DNA of 64,000 nucleotides from Candidatus Poribacteria bacterium (GTDB taxonomy: Bacteria; Poribacteria; WGA-4E; WGA-3G): the NCBI GenBank assembly GCA_965198235.1, contig OZ240248.1, positions 1,696,001 to 1,760,000 on the forward strand, given 5' to 3'. The notes under the pieces were generated by a model. That model did not search any database. It saw only the letters and a program-made list of their open reading frames with translations, and was not told the origin of the DNA. This document shows, one piece after another, positions 60,802 through 64,000 of the stretch; the stretch's first letter is position 1; every line of letters begins with the position of its first letter. The position numbers were made by a program, and so were the translations under genes.

Positions 60802-60932
60802 CTGTTCATAGAAGTGTGCAGTATTATCTGTGATAGAGAACTACGACTTGGAACTGCCCGTGCGAAACAGAAATGCCAGAAAATTTGGGTGTAGCGAAAA
60901 GTTAACGACTCTGAATTAAAAAGGAACATCTC

Positions 60933-62341
<1,409 letters not shown>

Positions 62342-62379
62342 GTAAATAGCGGTCGGCTATCGGAAAGAGACGCAATCTT

Positions 62380-62787
62380 ATGCTAAATAGAAGTTTTCAT
62401 CTGGAAATTCGGACACCGGAACAGTTGGTTTATGAAGGGGATGTGGCGAGCGTTAGCGCACCGGGAGTTGCAGGCAACTTTCAGATTCTCGCCGGACACA
62501 TTCCGTTTCTTACCGCCTTAGAGGTCGGTGAGATCCGCATCCGTGAATCGGAGACACCGCAGTTAATGGCAACGAACGGCGGTGTCTTTGAGGTGCTCCG
62601 CACTGGTGTCACCGTCTTAGTTGAGACGGCGGAGTGGGCATCGGAGATCGATGTAGAACGTGCTGAAAAGGCACTCGACCGTGCCCAAGAACAACTCACG
62701 ACAAACGCACCCGATCTAAATCGCCCGCGCGCTGAAGCGGCACTCGCACGAGCACAGAACCGAACCAAAGTCGCAAGTAATTTGTAA
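62380..62787 (+). CDS. atpC: ATP synthase F1 subunit epsilon
   Basis: EIRTPE, ILAGHIP, EIDVERA. Confidence 0.95.
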   Translation: MLNRSFHLEIRTPEQLVYEGDVASVSAPGVAGNFQILAGHIPFLTALEVGEIRIRESETPQLMATNGGVFEVLRTGVTVLVETAEWASEIDVERAEKALDRAQEQLTTNAPDLNRPRAEAALARAQNRTKVASNL

Positions 62788-62808
62788 CCTTTCCTTCCCC
62801 ATTCTCCG

Positions 62809-62839
62809 GTAGGCGCGCTTTGTAAGCGCGCCCTTTTTT
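62809..62839 (+). terminator. Intrinsic terminator of the atp operon
   Basis: GTAGGCGCGCTT-TGT-AAGCGCGCC-CT6. Confidence 0.82.
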
Positions 62840-62986
62840 CTTCAGCTTTCTCAATACATTCCCAACGGATCTGGATCTATAGATTTATCTGGTGTATCAG
62901 GTGGTATCCACGGTTGGCGAAAGATTTCTTCCCAGTAATCCTCAATTGGCGTTGGCACCCAATCATCCCGTATATCTACAGCCTTT

Positions 62987-63340
62987 TTATCCTGATTTTT
63001 GCTTTGTCACAGTTTGTTCTATACTCACGCTTACAACTTGTCCCTTCTTAAGAGTTTTCAACACGACACTCACTTGAGGAATCAGCGGTGTGAGATGCGC
63101 GTAGCGATTGCTCTCAGCATCCAACAACACAGTGCCCATTTGAATTTTCTCCAAGTTTTGCTGATACAAAAACCCTTTATTCATTGTGATAAAGGCATCA
63201 AACTCAGCCGAAGCTTTTCGCAAAAGTTCCCCATTTTTTATACCCCTTCACCCCTGATATCCAACTGTGACAACTTCGATTGGGGCGGCAAAAAGTTGTC
63301 TCGGTCTGTGAGGTAGGTGCTCATCAAGCAACACGCGCAT
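62987..63340 (-). pseudogene. DUF5615 PIN-like toxin with internal stop
   Basis: MRVLLDEHLP...YQG*RGIKNGELL; TGA at 63248-63250 where the family has Trp. Confidence 0.8.
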
Positions 63341-63542
63341 CAGTGGACTCCAGAGTCATCTGCAAGTAAGCCACAACTTGCTCACGTGAGACTGTCGGGA
63401 AATCGTCAAGGAATATATCAAGCGAGTCGCCTGCGACAAGGTGTTGAATCAGGCTTTCAACTGGCACGCGAGTGCCAGTAAAAACTAAGGTGCCGTGCAT
63501 CACGCGTGGATCTTGGGAGACAATTTCTTCTCTCTTCATCAT
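63324..63542 (-). CDS. DUF433 antitoxin
   Basis: DPRVMHGTLVFTGTRVPV...DFPTVSREQV. Confidence 0.9.
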   Translation of the reverse strand: MMKREEIVSQDPRVMHGTLVFTGTRVPVESLIQHLVAGDSLDIFLDDFPTVSREQVVAYLQMTLESTDARVA

Positions 63543-63708
63543 CCATTTCTCTTCCTTATATGTTGTCGGTTGTTTCTACCTATAGCCAATCTCACTGTAT
63601 ATCTATAAGGTAACATGTTTTTGGGAAAATATTAAGATGGACGTAGAGACTTTCGCTGATGCCTTCCTAATCTGTTTTAAACGCTTGAAGTGTGAGTGCC
63701 TTGCCTTG

Positions 63709-64000
63709 TTAGAGTTGCAACCATTGACGCACTGCGTCTTCAACCTCTGATAACTGATCAGGCTGGAGATTCCCCAATTTTCTCAAGAACTTCGCTTCTG
63801 AGATTGTGACCAAACTTTGTGCGTCGAAAACACCGGTATCCAGAAATCTCGTTCTTATAGGGATTTCAAATCTTGAACCACGCGCGCTCGTTGTATGTGT
63901 CACGACAGTGACAAGTGCGCGATCTTGGGCAAGAGCGGGTATGCTGATGACGAGGCTGGGTCTGACTTTAGCTACCATTCCAAGATCAACTAACCAGACT
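63709..64000 (-). CDS. MazF/PemK-family toxin (5' end outside window)
   Basis: VWLVDLGMVAKVRPSLVIS...HTT...LGNL..DQLSEVEDAV. Confidence 0.8.
   Translation of the reverse strand, partial: VWLVDLGMVAKVRPSLVISIPALAQDRALVTVVTHTTSARGSRFEIPIRTRFLDTGVFDAQSLVTISEAKFLRKLGNLQPDQLSEVEDAVRQWLQL

Noticed and set aside
63248-63250. In-frame TGA as evidence of genetic code 4/25 or selenocysteine
   Set aside because: Several intact genes end in TGA (ftsW, ddl, hydantoinase B) and Trp is TGG elsewhere; it is a single TGG>TGA change.

Overview
Bacterial chromosome segment; the protein and repeat style suggests Candidatus Poribacteria, but that is inference only. Layout: (1) 1-17.5 kb, minus-strand dcw cluster (rsmH-ftsL-ftsI-murE-[alpha/beta hydrolase]-murF-ddl-mraY-murD-ftsW-murG-murC-ftsQ-ftsA). 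(2) 17.5-29.6 kb, housekeeping and metabolic genes: Gfo/Idh/MocA, hydantoinase B, RNase P RNA, class II RNR, tyrS, Uma2, RraA, aldolase, MDR dehydrogenase. (3) 29.8-53.6 kb, an accessory island built around ECF sigma factors, DUF4252/DUF5694 exported proteins and ABC transporters; its second half holds many internally deleted or chimeric genes, including an ECF sigma joined to a beta-clamp (DnaN) domain and an orphan FtsZ fragment. (4) 53.8-62.8 kb, F1Fo ATP synthase operon with an inserted DUF1992 gene. (5) Toxin-antitoxin genes at the end. The strongest unexplained signals are a modular family of miniature repeats with covarying hairpins that sit at start/stop codons and also appear in-frame in a protein and apparently in P12 of RNase P RNA; a repeated TGCAAC-N17-GTAGTA ECF promoter; and the ECF-DnaN chimera. 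Several single-base frameshifts, including one in atpD, look like sequencing errors.
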